Source: Candidatus Latescibacterota bacterium
GTDB taxonomy: Bacteria > Latescibacterota > UBA2968
Direction of reading: 5' to 3'
Assembly (NCBI GenBank): GCA_965116885.1
Contig: OZ220741.1
Location: 3,520,001-3,584,000, forward strand
DNA: 64,000 bases
Part shown: positions 8,772-18,718 of the stretch, in pieces
Position numbering within the stretch: position 1 is the stretch's first letter
How the letters are laid out: every line of letters begins with the position of its first letter
Program-made: the position numbers and the translations under genes
The notes under the pieces: generated by a model
The model's database searches: none
Seen by the model: the letters and a program-made list of their open reading frames with translations, nothing else
Told to the model about the DNA's origin: nothing

Positions 8772-9908
8772 TCACCCTTGGTGAGTCCCAGCCTCCGCTA
8801 CCTTCCCGCGGTCTTCCTGCCGCTCCAGCGGCAGTTCTTGCATAAATGTCCACTGACGGTCCCCCAGCTTTTGAAGCTGCGATTCGTCGAGTTCCATCCC
8901 CAGACCCGGACCTTTAGGCACGAGAAGGTAGCCATTTTCGTACTGGACCCGGTGTTTGACAACGTCGTCAATGTAGAGTTGCGCGCCAGCCGCATCGCCA
9001 GGGTAATCGAGGTTGGATACCGATGCGCCCAGATGCGCCTGCGCGGAGGTCCCAATAGAAAGTTCCTGAGTTGTGCCAATCAAGGTGGAGATTCCGGTGG
9101 CCTGTGCTATGGCGAAGATCTGGCGCGATCGTTTGATGCCCTGGTGGCAGGTCGCAATATTGAAGATGTCGACAGCCTGTCCTTCCGCGAAAGCAATGGC
9201 CTGGGTCTCGTCGTTGACATGCTCACTGACCGGGAACCGGATGCGCTCACGCACCTTTGCTTTGCCCGGGATGTCGGGTGCGGGACTTTCAACCAGGATC
9301 GGCTCGACCCACTGCAGACGCTCAACGGCGGCTACGCACGACTTCCAATCAAGTCGGCGGCTGAAGTCCAGTGATTTAACTTTGAATCGATCTCCATAAC
9401 GATCGCGACACTCATGTAAGATCTGATTGTCGATTTCGAGGTTTCCACCCACGTAAAATCGGAACAGGTCGAATCCCAGCTCGAGCATTCGACCGACTCG
9501 CTCGACGTTGGGTGCGACGTCCGCCTCTTCGAATTGTCGAAAGATGGGGTAGCAGATTTTGTAGCGATCTCGGTAAGCACCTCCATAGAGGTCGTGAATT
9601 GGAATGCCCAAGCTCTTGGCCCGAAGGTCGTGAATCGCAATGTCCACACCTGCGCCAATCTGTCCCTTATATCCGTCGACGATCGGATCGATGGCGGTTG
9701 GATCGGATGGATCGATTCCGATCAACGATTTCCGAAGTATATACTCGAGATGGTTGATGTCGGGTATGTTTCGGGTACTGAGGTCGGACATTTCGCCCGC
9801 ACCGACTACACCATCGTCTGAGATGATACGGATGATAATGTGAGGGCTAAGCGTACCGTTCTCTCGTCTTGTTCCGACTGCAAATAGATCGAGCTCTTTA
9901 ATGGTCAA
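8772..9908 (-). CDS. Enolase-superfamily acid-sugar dehydratase, galactarate dehydratase II-like
   Basis: GEMSD, CYPIFR, FRFYVG (RxY instead of KxK), SLDFS, ESPAP, SEHV and GTTQELS, as I recall for Oceanobacillus galactarate dehydratase II. TTG start after AAGGAG. Confidence 0.8.
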   Translation of the reverse strand: MTIKELDLFAVGTRRENGTLSPHIIIRIISDDGVVGAGEMSDLSTRNIPDINHLEYILRKSLIGIDPSDPTAIDPIVDGYKGQIGAGVDIAIHDLRAKSLGIPIHDLYGGAYRDRYKICYPIFRQFEEADVAPNVERVGRMLELGFDLFRFYVGGNLEIDNQILHECRDRYGDRFKVKSLDFSRRLDWKSCVAAVERLQWVEPILVESPAPDIPGKAKVRERIRFPVSEHVNDETQAIAFAEGQAVDIFNIATCHQGIKRSRQIFAIAQATGISTLIGTTQELSIGTSAQAHLGASVSNLDYPGDAAGAQLYIDDVVKHRVQYENGYLLVPKGPGLGMELDESQLQKLGDRQWTFMQELPLERQEDRGKVAEAGTHQG

Positions 9909-9973
9909 AGCAGACTCCTTTCATCGATCGTCTCAGGAACACCAATACGAATAGAGCGCCCCTTGTCGGCATC

Positions 9974-10843
9974 TTAATTTTTCACGCCAGTTTCTGTCTC
10001 ATTGTAATCGTAGGGCCGGTTTCGGAAGAGGTAGTCTATCGGTTCATCTACAAAAATTATGTTCGGGTCCAGGTCGCTTTCCGCAAAGGCGGTTTCACAA
10101 CCGGTATTGAATCGGAGAGGGGGAAGGCGACGCATCCAGTGGCATGAGTAGATCGCTGCGATCATGAACCGCGGTTGGTCGGAGGGATTTGGCATTCCCC
10201 GGTGCCAGAGCCGGGAATCGCGGATCAGAATGCTTCCCTTTTTTGTGTTCCCCCGAACTGGCGGTGCTACTTTTCGGCGTGCTTCCTGCAGGTGTTCTTC
10301 TACCTTGATATCATCTCCAACTACCTTTTGCGTTTCCAGATGGGAGCCAGGCCAGAGTTCGATACTTCCGTTGGCTTCGGTCACTTCGTCCAGGGCAATA
10401 TTGACAATGACTTTGGACGGCGGGTGCGCGACATCCAGGTTCGGCCAGAGCTGTCCCGAGTCAACATGTACCGGCTGGAGTTCGCTGCCCGGCAAGTTGG
10501 TGTTGCCGGTGTAGCGATTGTTGAAGATCCCTTCGCCGAGCAGGGCTTTCGAGACCTGGACTACATAGGGGTTCGCCATAACGTCGCGAAAGACGTAAGG
10601 GGGGAAGGGGGGCGGGTCTTGCTGGACGTTTCCCCAGACGAAGTTATGGGGCGGCGCAGGGGCGTTCATGATTTTCTCTATGTCTTCGGTCATCCGCTCA
10701 CAGAGAAGATCGAGGTGTTCGTGCGCGACCACTGCATTGAGGATGATGTAGCCCTCCGTTCGAATGGCATCGAGGGCCTGTTTCAGGTGCGCGTCGGTGA
10801 GAGATTCGGCTGCGTGTTCTTCCGGTGTGACGGTGATTTCCAC
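9974..10843 (-). CDS. Phytanoyl-CoA dioxygenase (PhyH) family protein
   Basis: HxD (VHVD), NGSIELWPGSH, WHRG and PRFM. Confidence 0.9.
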   Translation of the reverse strand: MEITVTPEEHAAESLTDAHLKQALDAIRTEGYIILNAVVAHEHLDLLCERMTEDIEKIMNAPAPPHNFVWGNVQQDPPPFPPYVFRDVMANPYVVQVSKALLGEGIFNNRYTGNTNLPGSELQPVHVDSGQLWPNLDVAHPPSKVIVNIALDEVTEANGSIELWPGSHLETQKVVGDDIKVEEHLQEARRKVAPPVRGNTKKGSILIRDSRLWHRGMPNPSDQPRFMIAAIYSCHWMRRLPPLRFNTGCETAFAESDLDPNIIFVDEPIDYLFRNRPYDYNETETGVKN

Positions 10844-10952
10844 GGCTACTTATCTCCAGATCATTAAACGATTAAGACTGTATTTAGGGGTTTTGTGTGA
10901 TGTTCATTTTTCAAGACATTTGGTTTAGGTAGAAAGTTTTTATATTTTGAAG

Positions 10953-11011
10953 AGGCGTTGCCGCTCTTTCCCGCCTGGTTGGGCGTAGAAAATGTAGAGC
11001 GCATTGTCCAC
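10953..11011 (-). pseudogene. Fragment of the carbon-nitrogen hydrolase gene 20733-21617
   Basis: Matches 20918-20975 with 2 substitutions and a 1-bp insertion. Confidence 0.9.
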
Positions 11012-11065
11012 GGTCAATCTATTAAGGAGACAAACTTTCCACCAGATTCCCAGGAAGATACGCCA

Positions 11066-12016
11066 ATGAAAACGGATTTGTCACGTATTAAGCACTCGCT
11101 CATGTATGAGGTATTTCAATCAACTACCATGCTGTTATTTATGTTGTCAGGCATTTCTACCATGCGCCAAAAACATCAATTAGCTGCAGGAGTTGCTACA
11201 TCCATTCCTCTGCCGGGGCTTCCTGAAATCTGCTTCTCCCCGTGCATTATTAACGCCCCGGATGACTACCTGTATGGTCCAGCCGGAGCCGCGGCCCAGC
11301 TTGCTTACATGGGATGGGTCGCGGAGGTGTACGCGCTCTGGGAATGTCGCTTCCGTAAAGAACTAAAGGAATCATTCGGTTCAGATGCCAGCATAATCCT
11401 GCCGGAGTTCGACACATTCGGGGATCTGCGTCGAATTAGGAATGATTTCCTACACAACAACAGAGTTGCTAGCAGAGAGCACACAGGAAAATGTAAAGTA
11501 CTTAAATGGTTTGAGGCAGGTGACAAGATAGTGTTCAGTCTAAATCAGGTATTCGATTTTCTCCATCAAGCGGGCTTCCTGTTACTAGCACATGACCACG
11601 AAAGGCGCGTGCCAGCGAGTGCATATCCTTCTTTCAACGACCACGGATATTCATATGGGCAAACCGTACATCACGACAGGGACAAACTGCTAAATTGGAA
11701 GCCGGAGCCTAAAATTATTTCAGTTCGCAACCATCAGGACAACCAGGATTCGCCTCGCTTCAAGGGCGTAACAGTTGTCTTCAACAATGGCCTGTTCGCA
11801 CCTATTCCATTTGGCCCACTCGATAGCGCAGAGCATCAGGCACGTCTTGGCAAAGCCAAAATAACAGCAGATGGCAATATACAGTTCAATGATGGGACTG
11901 TGCAACATGCTCGGTCCATCTACCGCGATGTGGTCAAAACTTGGTGCGAACCGATAAGCAAAGACGAAGGACCTAGTAGCCCAGTGACTGGGCCGTGGAT
12001 GAAAATTCGTAAATAA
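11066..12016 (+). CDS. Hypothetical protein
   Basis: Long ORF. The track start (10958) lies inside the nitrilase remnant, so ATG 11066 is preferred. Contains DLRRIRNDFLHN (R-x4-H). Confidence 0.65.
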   Translation: MKTDLSRIKHSLMYEVFQSTTMLLFMLSGISTMRQKHQLAAGVATSIPLPGLPEICFSPCIINAPDDYLYGPAGAAAQLAYMGWVAEVYALWECRFRKELKESFGSDASIILPEFDTFGDLRRIRNDFLHNNRVASREHTGKCKVLKWFEAGDKIVFSLNQVFDFLHQAGFLLLAHDHERRVPASAYPSFNDHGYSYGQTVHHDRDKLLNWKPEPKIISVRNHQDNQDSPRFKGVTVVFNNGLFAPIPFGPLDSAEHQARLGKAKITADGNIQFNDGTVQHARSIYRDVVKTWCEPISKDEGPSSPVTGPWMKIRK

Positions 12017-12046
12017 AGAAAGCACTACATGATCTCTCCCTCTATC

Positions 12047-12080
12047 CTCTCGCCGCGGAGAGCTTGTGGCGAGGGGCTTT
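12047..12080 (+). terminator. GC-rich hairpin after the hypothetical gene
   Basis: ctctcgccgcgg/ttgtggcgaggg stem with G-U pairs, followed by a short T run. Confidence 0.35.
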
Positions 12081-12327
12081 CCATATTCCTCCTCTCTAGT
12101 ATTTCCCCATACCCTAGTATAAAATACGACCTTAAATTTCATAAGTATAGTGAAAGCAATTAGTTGTTGTTCTGTTATAGGATATGCCCTGATTTTCACG
12201 GTTAATGCGCTTAAAATGCCACCTCCAGATATTTGAAGGGCAGGAATATAGTTGCCGTTAGTAACATGGATTATTATTCTGAATCCAAATTCAAGAGAAG
12301 TAGCACCAATTTCAAACAGGAGGGCAC

Positions 12328-13755
12328 GTGACCGACAGTATGCCGGAGCACCAAAACATCCTGCTTCTTCTTTCGGATCAACATCGGTGGAGCGCCTTGG
12401 GTTGCTATGGCAACGAACAGGTGCATAGCCCACACTTCGACGCACTGGCGTCCGAAGGTGCGCTATATCGAACATGTATCTCGAACCATCCAGTCTGCGC
12501 ACCCTACCGGTGTACTTTGCAGACCGGCCTTTACATGCACCAGCACGGTGCCTACAGTAACGGCCACGTCCTGGACCCTTCCTTCCAGTGCATGGCAGAC
12601 CACTTCCGCGCTGCCGACTACGCCACTGGCTATATTGGCAAGGCGCACTGGTATGGCAACGAGACGCCAGGCTTTGTCCCGGAGAGCCACCGTCTGCGGT
12701 GGGAGACCTGGCATGCGTGCAACAATCACAACTGGTTCTATGATCCGCCGCACATCGACCACCGCGGCGAGCTCACTTACCGGTATCGCGGTCGCTACGA
12801 TCCAGAGGTGCAGACCGACCTGGCAATAGAGTTCATCGGTGCCAACCGCCATCGTCCCTGGATCCTGCAGCTCAATTGGATTCCGCCGCATGCGCCGATC
12901 GAGTTTCTCGACGAAGACGCGCTCGCGCGGGCACGGCAGCTGAACCGATCCCTCGAATTCGGCCTTCCCGACGCGTTCTTCCGAGATTCCGACTCATTGA
13001 AACACCGTTTTCCGTTCCACCTGCTACAGCGGGTCGTCCCTTACCGGAACCTCGACCTTTATGACGCCGACCAGATTGAGGTTGAGCCGAATGTCGCGCA
13101 CCACCTCAGGCCGGTCATGCGCCACATGCTCAAGGAGTACTACGCCATGGTGTCGTCCCTCGACGACCAGATCGGCAGGATTGTCGCGACGCTCGATGAC
13201 CTCCATCTACGGGAAAATACGACGATTATCTATACGTCCGATCACGGCGACCTGGTGGGCAGCCATTCGAATTTGACCGAGCACTACCGCCGCAAGAGCC
13301 TGCCATACCAGAATGCGTACCGGGTGCCGTTGATTATTGCAGGTGCTGGCATCCCATCGGGAACCGAAGTCGAGACGCCCGTCGGCAGTGTTGATTTGCT
13401 CCCGACAATTCTCGATCTCGCCGGGCTTCCTCCGGCCGCAGATTTGCCTGGCCGCTCTATGAAAGTGGGAACTGGTGGCCGAACCGGGCCCGAGTCTGAC
13501 GTGGTGTTGATGGGACTGCGCAACTGGCGCGCCGTCCACGACGGTAGATACTGTTATGCCGTGTTCTTCGACGCAGACGAGAGCAAGCTATTGATCGATA
13601 CCGAACGCGATCCTTACGACATGGACAATCTGTTGGAACGGTCTGAGTCGCACCCCGTTGCTCAGCGACTCCATCAGCGGCTTCGCGAGAAACTCCGCGA
13701 AGTCGGCGATCTGGACGGTCTGGAGCGCGTCTCCACTCGGTATGAATTTCAGTGA
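12328..13755 (+). CDS. Sulfatase
   Basis: NILLLLSDQHR, CAPYR, GKAH and TSDHGD. RBS AGGAGG before GTG. Confidence 0.92.
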   Translation: MTDSMPEHQNILLLLSDQHRWSALGCYGNEQVHSPHFDALASEGALYRTCISNHPVCAPYRCTLQTGLYMHQHGAYSNGHVLDPSFQCMADHFRAADYATGYIGKAHWYGNETPGFVPESHRLRWETWHACNNHNWFYDPPHIDHRGELTYRYRGRYDPEVQTDLAIEFIGANRHRPWILQLNWIPPHAPIEFLDEDALARARQLNRSLEFGLPDAFFRDSDSLKHRFPFHLLQRVVPYRNLDLYDADQIEVEPNVAHHLRPVMRHMLKEYYAMVSSLDDQIGRIVATLDDLHLRENTTIIYTSDHGDLVGSHSNLTEHYRRKSLPYQNAYRVPLIIAGAGIPSGTEVETPVGSVDLLPTILDLAGLPPAADLPGRSMKVGTGGRTGPESDVVLMGLRNWRAVHDGRYCYAVFFDADESKLLIDTERDPYDMDNLLERSESHPVAQRLHQRLREKLREVGDLDGLERVSTRYEFQ

Positions 13756-13849
13756 TCCTTTCTTTTAGGGATTATATAGAATAGTGCCAAAGAAAAAAGC
13801 GAGGGATGATATATGGAACTCGCATCGTGCCAGTAAAAAAAGATGAGAT

Positions 13850-14884
13850 CTATTTTGTCGGGTCGTCCGATACCCGAATAATAAGCTTACCAAAATTTTC
13901 ACCTTTGAGCAGACCAATCAAAGCTGCGGGCGCGTTTTCCAAACCATCGACAATATCTTCCTTGTAGCGCAATTTGTCTTCGCGAATCCATCCGCCTAAA
14001 GTGCTAAAAGCTTCTTCCCTTTGGTCCGCAAAGTCCGAGACAATGAAACCCCGAAAGGTGAGTCGTTTGGTGAGGATCTGGCGCAGCATATAATGCATCT
14101 GGTTGGGACCGGGTGGCAATCCCGTATCATTGGCAATGGCGATGGTGCCACATACGGGTATCCGGGCAAAGGGGTTGAACAGCGGCAACACCGTCTCAAA
14201 CACCTTGCCAGCCACATTCTCAAAATAAACATCAATCCCGTCCGGACAAGCACCGGCGATTTGTTCTTCAAAATCGTCGGCTCTATGGTTCACACACGCA
14301 TCGAATCCAAACGCATCGGTAACATACTGGCATTTTTCTTTAGTCCCCGCGATGCCTACGGCCCGCGCGCCTTTGATCTTAGCGATTTGCCCAACTACCG
14401 ACCCCACTGCTCCCGAGGCAGCCGCCACGACGACTGTCTCATCGGGTTGCGGTTTGCCGATATTGAGTAGCCCCGTGTATGCGGTCATGCCGGGCATGCC
14501 CAGTACGCCTATTGAGGTAGAGATGGGCCCCCAGGCCGGATCGATTTTGCGCAGCGCCTTTCCTGGGAGAGCGAAAAGGGATTGCCACCCGCCCCTGCCC
14601 TCCACGATGTCGCCCTCAGCAAATTCCGAATCGTTTGAGGCGATCACCTTTCCCACGCAGCCGCCCTCCATCACCGTGCCAAGTTCGACCGGTTTGGCAT
14701 AGTTTTTCGCCACATTCATCCTGCCGCGCATGTAGGGATCCAGCGAAAGATAAATCGTCTGGCACAAAACTTCACCCTCACCAGGGGTAGGCACATCGGA
14801 TTCCACCAACTGGAAATCACTCGGTTTCGGTTCTCCTTCGGGACGAGCAACCAGCAAGATTTGACGGTTTTTTAGATCGGACAT
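13850..14884 (-). CDS. NADP-dependent oxidoreductase (CurA/YncB/PTGR-like MDR family)
   Basis: YLSLDPYMRGRM, GMPGMTAY, AASGAVG, DVYFENV and NFGK. Start re-assigned to MSDLKNRQ after AAAGGA. Confidence 0.93.
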   Translation of the reverse strand: MSDLKNRQILLVARPEGEPKPSDFQLVESDVPTPGEGEVLCQTIYLSLDPYMRGRMNVAKNYAKPVELGTVMEGGCVGKVIASNDSEFAEGDIVEGRGGWQSLFALPGKALRKIDPAWGPISTSIGVLGMPGMTAYTGLLNIGKPQPDETVVVAAASGAVGSVVGQIAKIKGARAVGIAGTKEKCQYVTDAFGFDACVNHRADDFEEQIAGACPDGIDVYFENVAGKVFETVLPLFNPFARIPVCGTIAIANDTGLPPGPNQMHYMLRQILTKRLTFRGFIVSDFADQREEAFSTLGGWIREDKLRYKEDIVDGLENAPAALIGLLKGENFGKLIIRVSDDPTK

Positions 14885-14903
14885 ATGTATTCCTTTATCA
14901 AGT

Positions 14904-15749
14904 TCAAATTCGTGCGAATTTTTGCAGTCGGTTGGGTTGACGGGGCACTTCGGTGACGTAAATATCACCGCGGCTATCAACGCAGATGCCGTGCGCAGGA
15001 TCGATAAACTGTCCGGGATCTGAGCCTTCCTCGCCCCATCTTGCCAGCAGAGCACCATCCAGGTCAAAAATGCTGACGCGCTGGGGTGCTTCGGCAATAT
15101 AGACAATATGATCTGCATCGATGTGAATGTTATTCGGAGATTGGATATCTGTCCACTCCTCCAGAAAGTTCCCATCAAAATCGAAAAGCTGAATGCGGTG
15201 GTTTTCCCGGTCGCTTACAAGCACGCGGTCGCGTGGGTCAATGCATAAATCGTGCGGCAGGGCAAACTGGCCGGGTCCTGTGCCTTCCTCACCCCAGGAA
15301 AGAATCCGTTCGCCTTTCGCTGAAAAGCGATGCACCCGGTGCTGGCCGTATCCATCCGAAACAAAAATTTCACCTGAGGGCGCGGCCATTGCCTTGGTTG
15401 GCCTGTTGAACGGCTCGCCCGGTGAACCTGTCTGGCCTGGCATCCCCAGGGTCTGAAGCACTTCTCCATCCGTGCTGAAGATACGCACAGTATGATCGTC
15501 AACATCCGCACAATAAATCCGATCCGCCGGATCGATCCAGATATTGTGCGGATTTGAGAGCACATCATCACCCCATGCACCGAGAAAGCGACCTTCCGAA
15601 TCGTAAACCAGAATACCCGCAGGCTCTCGCAGGGTGACATAGACGCGATCCTGCGAGTCAACTGCCACATCGGGCACGACTCCACCCATCTCTTTCCCTT
15701 CGGGACCTCGGCCCCACCCTTCGACAACGCGGTATTGATAAGTTGCCAT
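14904..15749 (-). CDS. NHL-repeat protein (peptidyl-alpha-hydroxyglycine alpha-amidating lyase-like)
   Basis: FNRPT, VSDGYG, GQFALPH, DRENHRIQ and GQFIDPAH repeats. Confidence 0.88.
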   Translation of the reverse strand: MATYQYRVVEGWGRGPEGKEMGGVVPDVAVDSQDRVYVTLREPAGILVYDSEGRFLGAWGDDVLSNPHNIWIDPADRIYCADVDDHTVRIFSTDGEVLQTLGMPGQTGSPGEPFNRPTKAMAAPSGEIFVSDGYGQHRVHRFSAKGERILSWGEEGTGPGQFALPHDLCIDPRDRVLVSDRENHRIQLFDFDGNFLEEWTDIQSPNNIHIDADHIVYIAEAPQRVSIFDLDGALLARWGEEGSDPGQFIDPAHGICVDSRGDIYVTEVPRQPNRLQKFARI

Positions 15750-15775
15750 TGTGTACTCCTTTCAGATATGCCCGA

Positions 15776-16603
15776 CTACCTGTCCAGTCTAACCCAATCG
15801 GGCCAAACCTTGGCAAAAAATGCTCGCTGGATGCCCCGTACGCTCTCCCCGCCGTCAACAACGAGATTGGAGCCTACACTGAAGTTGCCTGCTTGCGAAG
15901 CGAGAAAGATGGCCATGCCTGCGATGTTTTCCTTCTCTCCAACCCGCTTGCCCGGAATGTTTTTCTTCATCTCGTCTGTGTGATCCCGGGCCACCTTATT
16001 CAAATCGCTGGGAAAATCACCAGGGGAGATGGTATTGACTTGAATCCCTTCCCAGGCCAAACTATCACCTAAATGTCGGCCCAAATGGATCACACCTGCT
16101 TTGCTGGCTCCGTAGGCATAATTGTAAGCTGTGTTGAGTTTACCACAGCCGTCGATAGACGCGATATTGATCACATTGCGTGGTGTTTCTGGCGAAGCCC
16201 CCACGCGCAGGAATGGCAGAAACGCCTGGGTCATAAAAAAGATGCTTTTGAGATTGAGATCCATCACCGCGTCCCATGTTTCCTCCGTCACATCCTCGAT
16301 CTCCCTGCGACCATCGCTGATTCCAGCGTTGTTGACCAAAATATCGAGCGACTGTTCTCGTTCACCGTAGGCCTTTGCCAGTTCCTTGATTCCGGAGACT
16401 GAACTTACATCGGCTACGAGATACTCGCAGGAGCCGATTTGTGCAAGTTCCTCCTGCTTCTTTTTTAAAACACCTTCTCTGCGTGCGACAATGTAAACCT
16501 TCGCCCCAAAATTGACAAAGCCTTCGGCTATCATCGCTCCGATGCCGGTCGAACCACCAGTCACCAGTGCGGTTTTTCCCGCCAGTGAAAATAGATCTCT
16601 CAT
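15776..16603 (-). CDS. Short-chain dehydrogenase/reductase
   Basis: TGGSTGIG, LVNNAG and YGASK (YxxxK). Confidence 0.93.
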   Translation of the reverse strand: MRDLFSLAGKTALVTGGSTGIGAMIAEGFVNFGAKVYIVARREGVLKKKQEELAQIGSCEYLVADVSSVSGIKELAKAYGEREQSLDILVNNAGISDGRREIEDVTEETWDAVMDLNLKSIFFMTQAFLPFLRVGASPETPRNVINIASIDGCGKLNTAYNYAYGASKAGVIHLGRHLGDSLAWEGIQVNTISPGDFPSDLNKVARDHTDEMKKNIPGKRVGEKENIAGMAIFLASQAGNFSVGSNLVVDGGESVRGIQRAFFAKVWPDWVRLDR

Positions 16604-16623
16604 TTTCGTTTCTCCGTGAGTTG

Positions 16624-16650
16624 GGCAATCTGTCGATGTTCGGCTGCCTG
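16624..16650 (-). pseudogene. Second fragment of the carbon-nitrogen hydrolase gene 20733-21617
   Basis: 26/27 identical to 21000-21026 (QAAEHRQ[I/L]A). Fills most of the spacer between PhyH and SDR. Confidence 0.85.
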
Positions 16651-16651
16651 C

Positions 16652-17362
16652 TTAAACATCCCATCGCCACGTATTGCGACAGGCAAGCCGTGGATATTCA
16701 TTCGCGTTCTTGCTTCCCGCGTGTACAAAAAAGTTCTGGTAAAACAGAATGTCTCCGCGCTTCGCCACCAATTCCACGCCTTCGCCAATATCCACCTTGT
16801 GCATATCCGAATTCACGTCCCACAGATAGGGATACTTCTCTGGATTGCGCTCTGCAAGACCCCGCATCTTTTTATGTGAAACCGGCCATCCAAATGTGCA
16901 ACCCCCATGCGATTCTGTATCATTCAAATACAAAATTGAATGCACACTGATTGGAATCGGAAACGTCACATTAAACTTCTCCCGGTTGGTTCCGCCATCA
17001 AAGTGAGGTTTGTGGTGGCTCCATTCACCTTCCGTCGGAAACGTGTTCTGCGTCAGGATATCCTTCGGCGCGTGGATCTCCTCGCGTCCCACACCCGTCA
17101 ATTCGGAAAGTGCGGTCAAAATATCATCCGTATAACACGCTAAGATATCCGGTGCGCCCAATCTTCGATTTTCCGGCAATGCGCGCTGCCGTTGACTAAT
17201 CGCATGCGCTGATACGCGGTTCCAGGTCTCGGGATCGTCACGGTCCATTTCCAGAGCCGCCCACATCGCGTCTTCTCCTTTGCGAGCTACATCCTCAGGT
17301 ATCAAACCCGACGCCAGCAAATACCCTTCTTCGCGAAACTGCTTCTTCTGCTCATCTGTCAT
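16652..17362 (-). CDS. PhyH-family dioxygenase
   Basis: QFREEGYL, PHFD, GDILF, VHAG and PRLA. Confidence 0.85.
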   Translation of the reverse strand: MTDEQKKQFREEGYLLASGLIPEDVARKGEDAMWAALEMDRDDPETWNRVSAHAISQRQRALPENRRLGAPDILACYTDDILTALSELTGVGREEIHAPKDILTQNTFPTEGEWSHHKPHFDGGTNREKFNVTFPIPISVHSILYLNDTESHGGCTFGWPVSHKKMRGLAERNPEKYPYLWDVNSDMHKVDIGEGVELVAKRGDILFYQNFFVHAGSKNANEYPRLACRNTWRWDV

Positions 17363-17371
17363 TATTTTCTC

Positions 17372-18718
17372 CTAATTCTGTTGTGCAGGTCTGTTTCTAT
17401 TTCTCCGAGGTCTTCTAATCCTTGGCGCCATCTGGCTTCTCCAGGCCTTGAATTTTTTTTGTAGCCGCTGAACAATTTCCGGTTGCTGGTTTGCCAGATC
17501 ATTTTGCTCACCTATATCTGCGTCCAGATCGTACAATTCCAGCTTCTTAGACCTGCTAAATGTAAGCTTCCATTTCCCTTCTCGAATCGCCCAGGTTCCC
17601 GAATCGCCATCCCAATACAGCGCATCGTGCAATGCCCCTTCTGTTTTACCTTGCAAGACTGGCAACATATTTTTGCCATCGTAGATACGGTCTTCGGGCA
17701 ATGGAATGCCAACAGCTGCACATACAGTCGGCAAAATATCCATACAAATAACCGGTTCATCACACACACCACCTGCTTCCAAATGCCCTGGCCAGGACAC
17801 GAGAAACGGCACGCGTAGCCCCCCCTCATAGACATTCTGCTTGTAGCCGCGCAGGGGCATATTGTTTGCATTTGTGGCCCTTGCACCACCATTATCGGAA
17901 AAATAAAAGATGAGTGTATTTTCCCACACGCCATTGGTCTTGAGCGCTGCCACCACATCGCCAACAGCGATATCCATTCTTTTGAGCATGCCCATCAAAA
18001 TATCGCGTTTGGAATCTCCTGTGTTAAATTGTTTGATGTCCTCTTCGGGCGCTTGCATCGGCGCATGCACGGCATTAAAAGGAAGATAAAGAAAGAATGG
18101 GTCGTTTTTGTTTCGTTCGATGAAGCCAACAGCCTCTCGGGCCAGATTATCGGTCAAGTACCCGGTATCATTGATGATCTCTTTATTTCGATATATTGCA
18201 TTATGGGCTCTGTCCTCTTTATAATTCAAATCAAAATAGTCGTGCCCCCCATGCCCTAAAAAGCCGTAAAATTCATCAAATCCACGGTTGTTCGGATGAT
18301 ATTCAGGCGTCAAACCCAAATGCCATTTTCCAAATACCCCCGTCCTGTACCCCGCTTTTTTGAGCAGGTCTGCAAGTGTAATTTCATCAACTGGCATACC
18401 GGCGCGTGAGTCACTGGCCGTATAAAAACCAAAGCGCTGCTGGTATCGACCGGTCATCAAACCCGCCCTGGTGGGCGCACATACAAAGGCACTGGCATAT
18501 CCATTTGTCATTCGAATGCCCGAGTTGGCCAGTGCGTCGATATGCGGTGTATGGACTTCTGGGGGATGTGCCTGGTAACTCACATCTCCAAAGCCCTGGT
18601 CGTCTGACAAAATCACCACAATGTTTGGACGTTTGGCATCTTCGGCCCATATAAAAGGACTTGCTATCATTCCAGATACTCCTATTCCCAAAGTTTTTAA
18701 AGCTGCGCGTCTATCCAT
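17372..18718 (-). CDS. Sulfatase with twin-arginine signal peptide
   Basis: MDRRAALKTLG Tat-like leader, then PNIVVILSDDQG, CAPTR, GKWHLG and SDNGG. Confidence 0.93.
   Translation of the reverse strand: MDRRAALKTLGIGVSGMIASPFIWAEDAKRPNIVVILSDDQGFGDVSYQAHPPEVHTPHIDALANSGIRMTNGYASAFVCAPTRAGLMTGRYQQRFGFYTASDSRAGMPVDEITLADLLKKAGYRTGVFGKWHLGLTPEYHPNNRGFDEFYGFLGHGGHDYFDLNYKEDRAHNAIYRNKEIINDTGYLTDNLAREAVGFIERNKNDPFFLYLPFNAVHAPMQAPEEDIKQFNTGDSKRDILMGMLKRMDIAVGDVVAALKTNGVWENTLIFYFSDNGGARATNANNMPLRGYKQNVYEGGLRVPFLVSWPGHLEAGGVCDEPVICMDILPTVCAAVGIPLPEDRIYDGKNMLPVLQGKTEGALHDALYWDGDSGTWAIREGKWKLTFSRSKKLELYDLDADIGEQNDLANQQPEIVQRLQKKFKAWRSQMAPRIRRPRRNRNRPAQQN

Noticed and set aside
11720..12502. 260-aa minus-strand ORF
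   Set aside because: It overlaps two plus-strand genes and crosses compositionally different segments. At most the AT-rich middle is a gene fragment.
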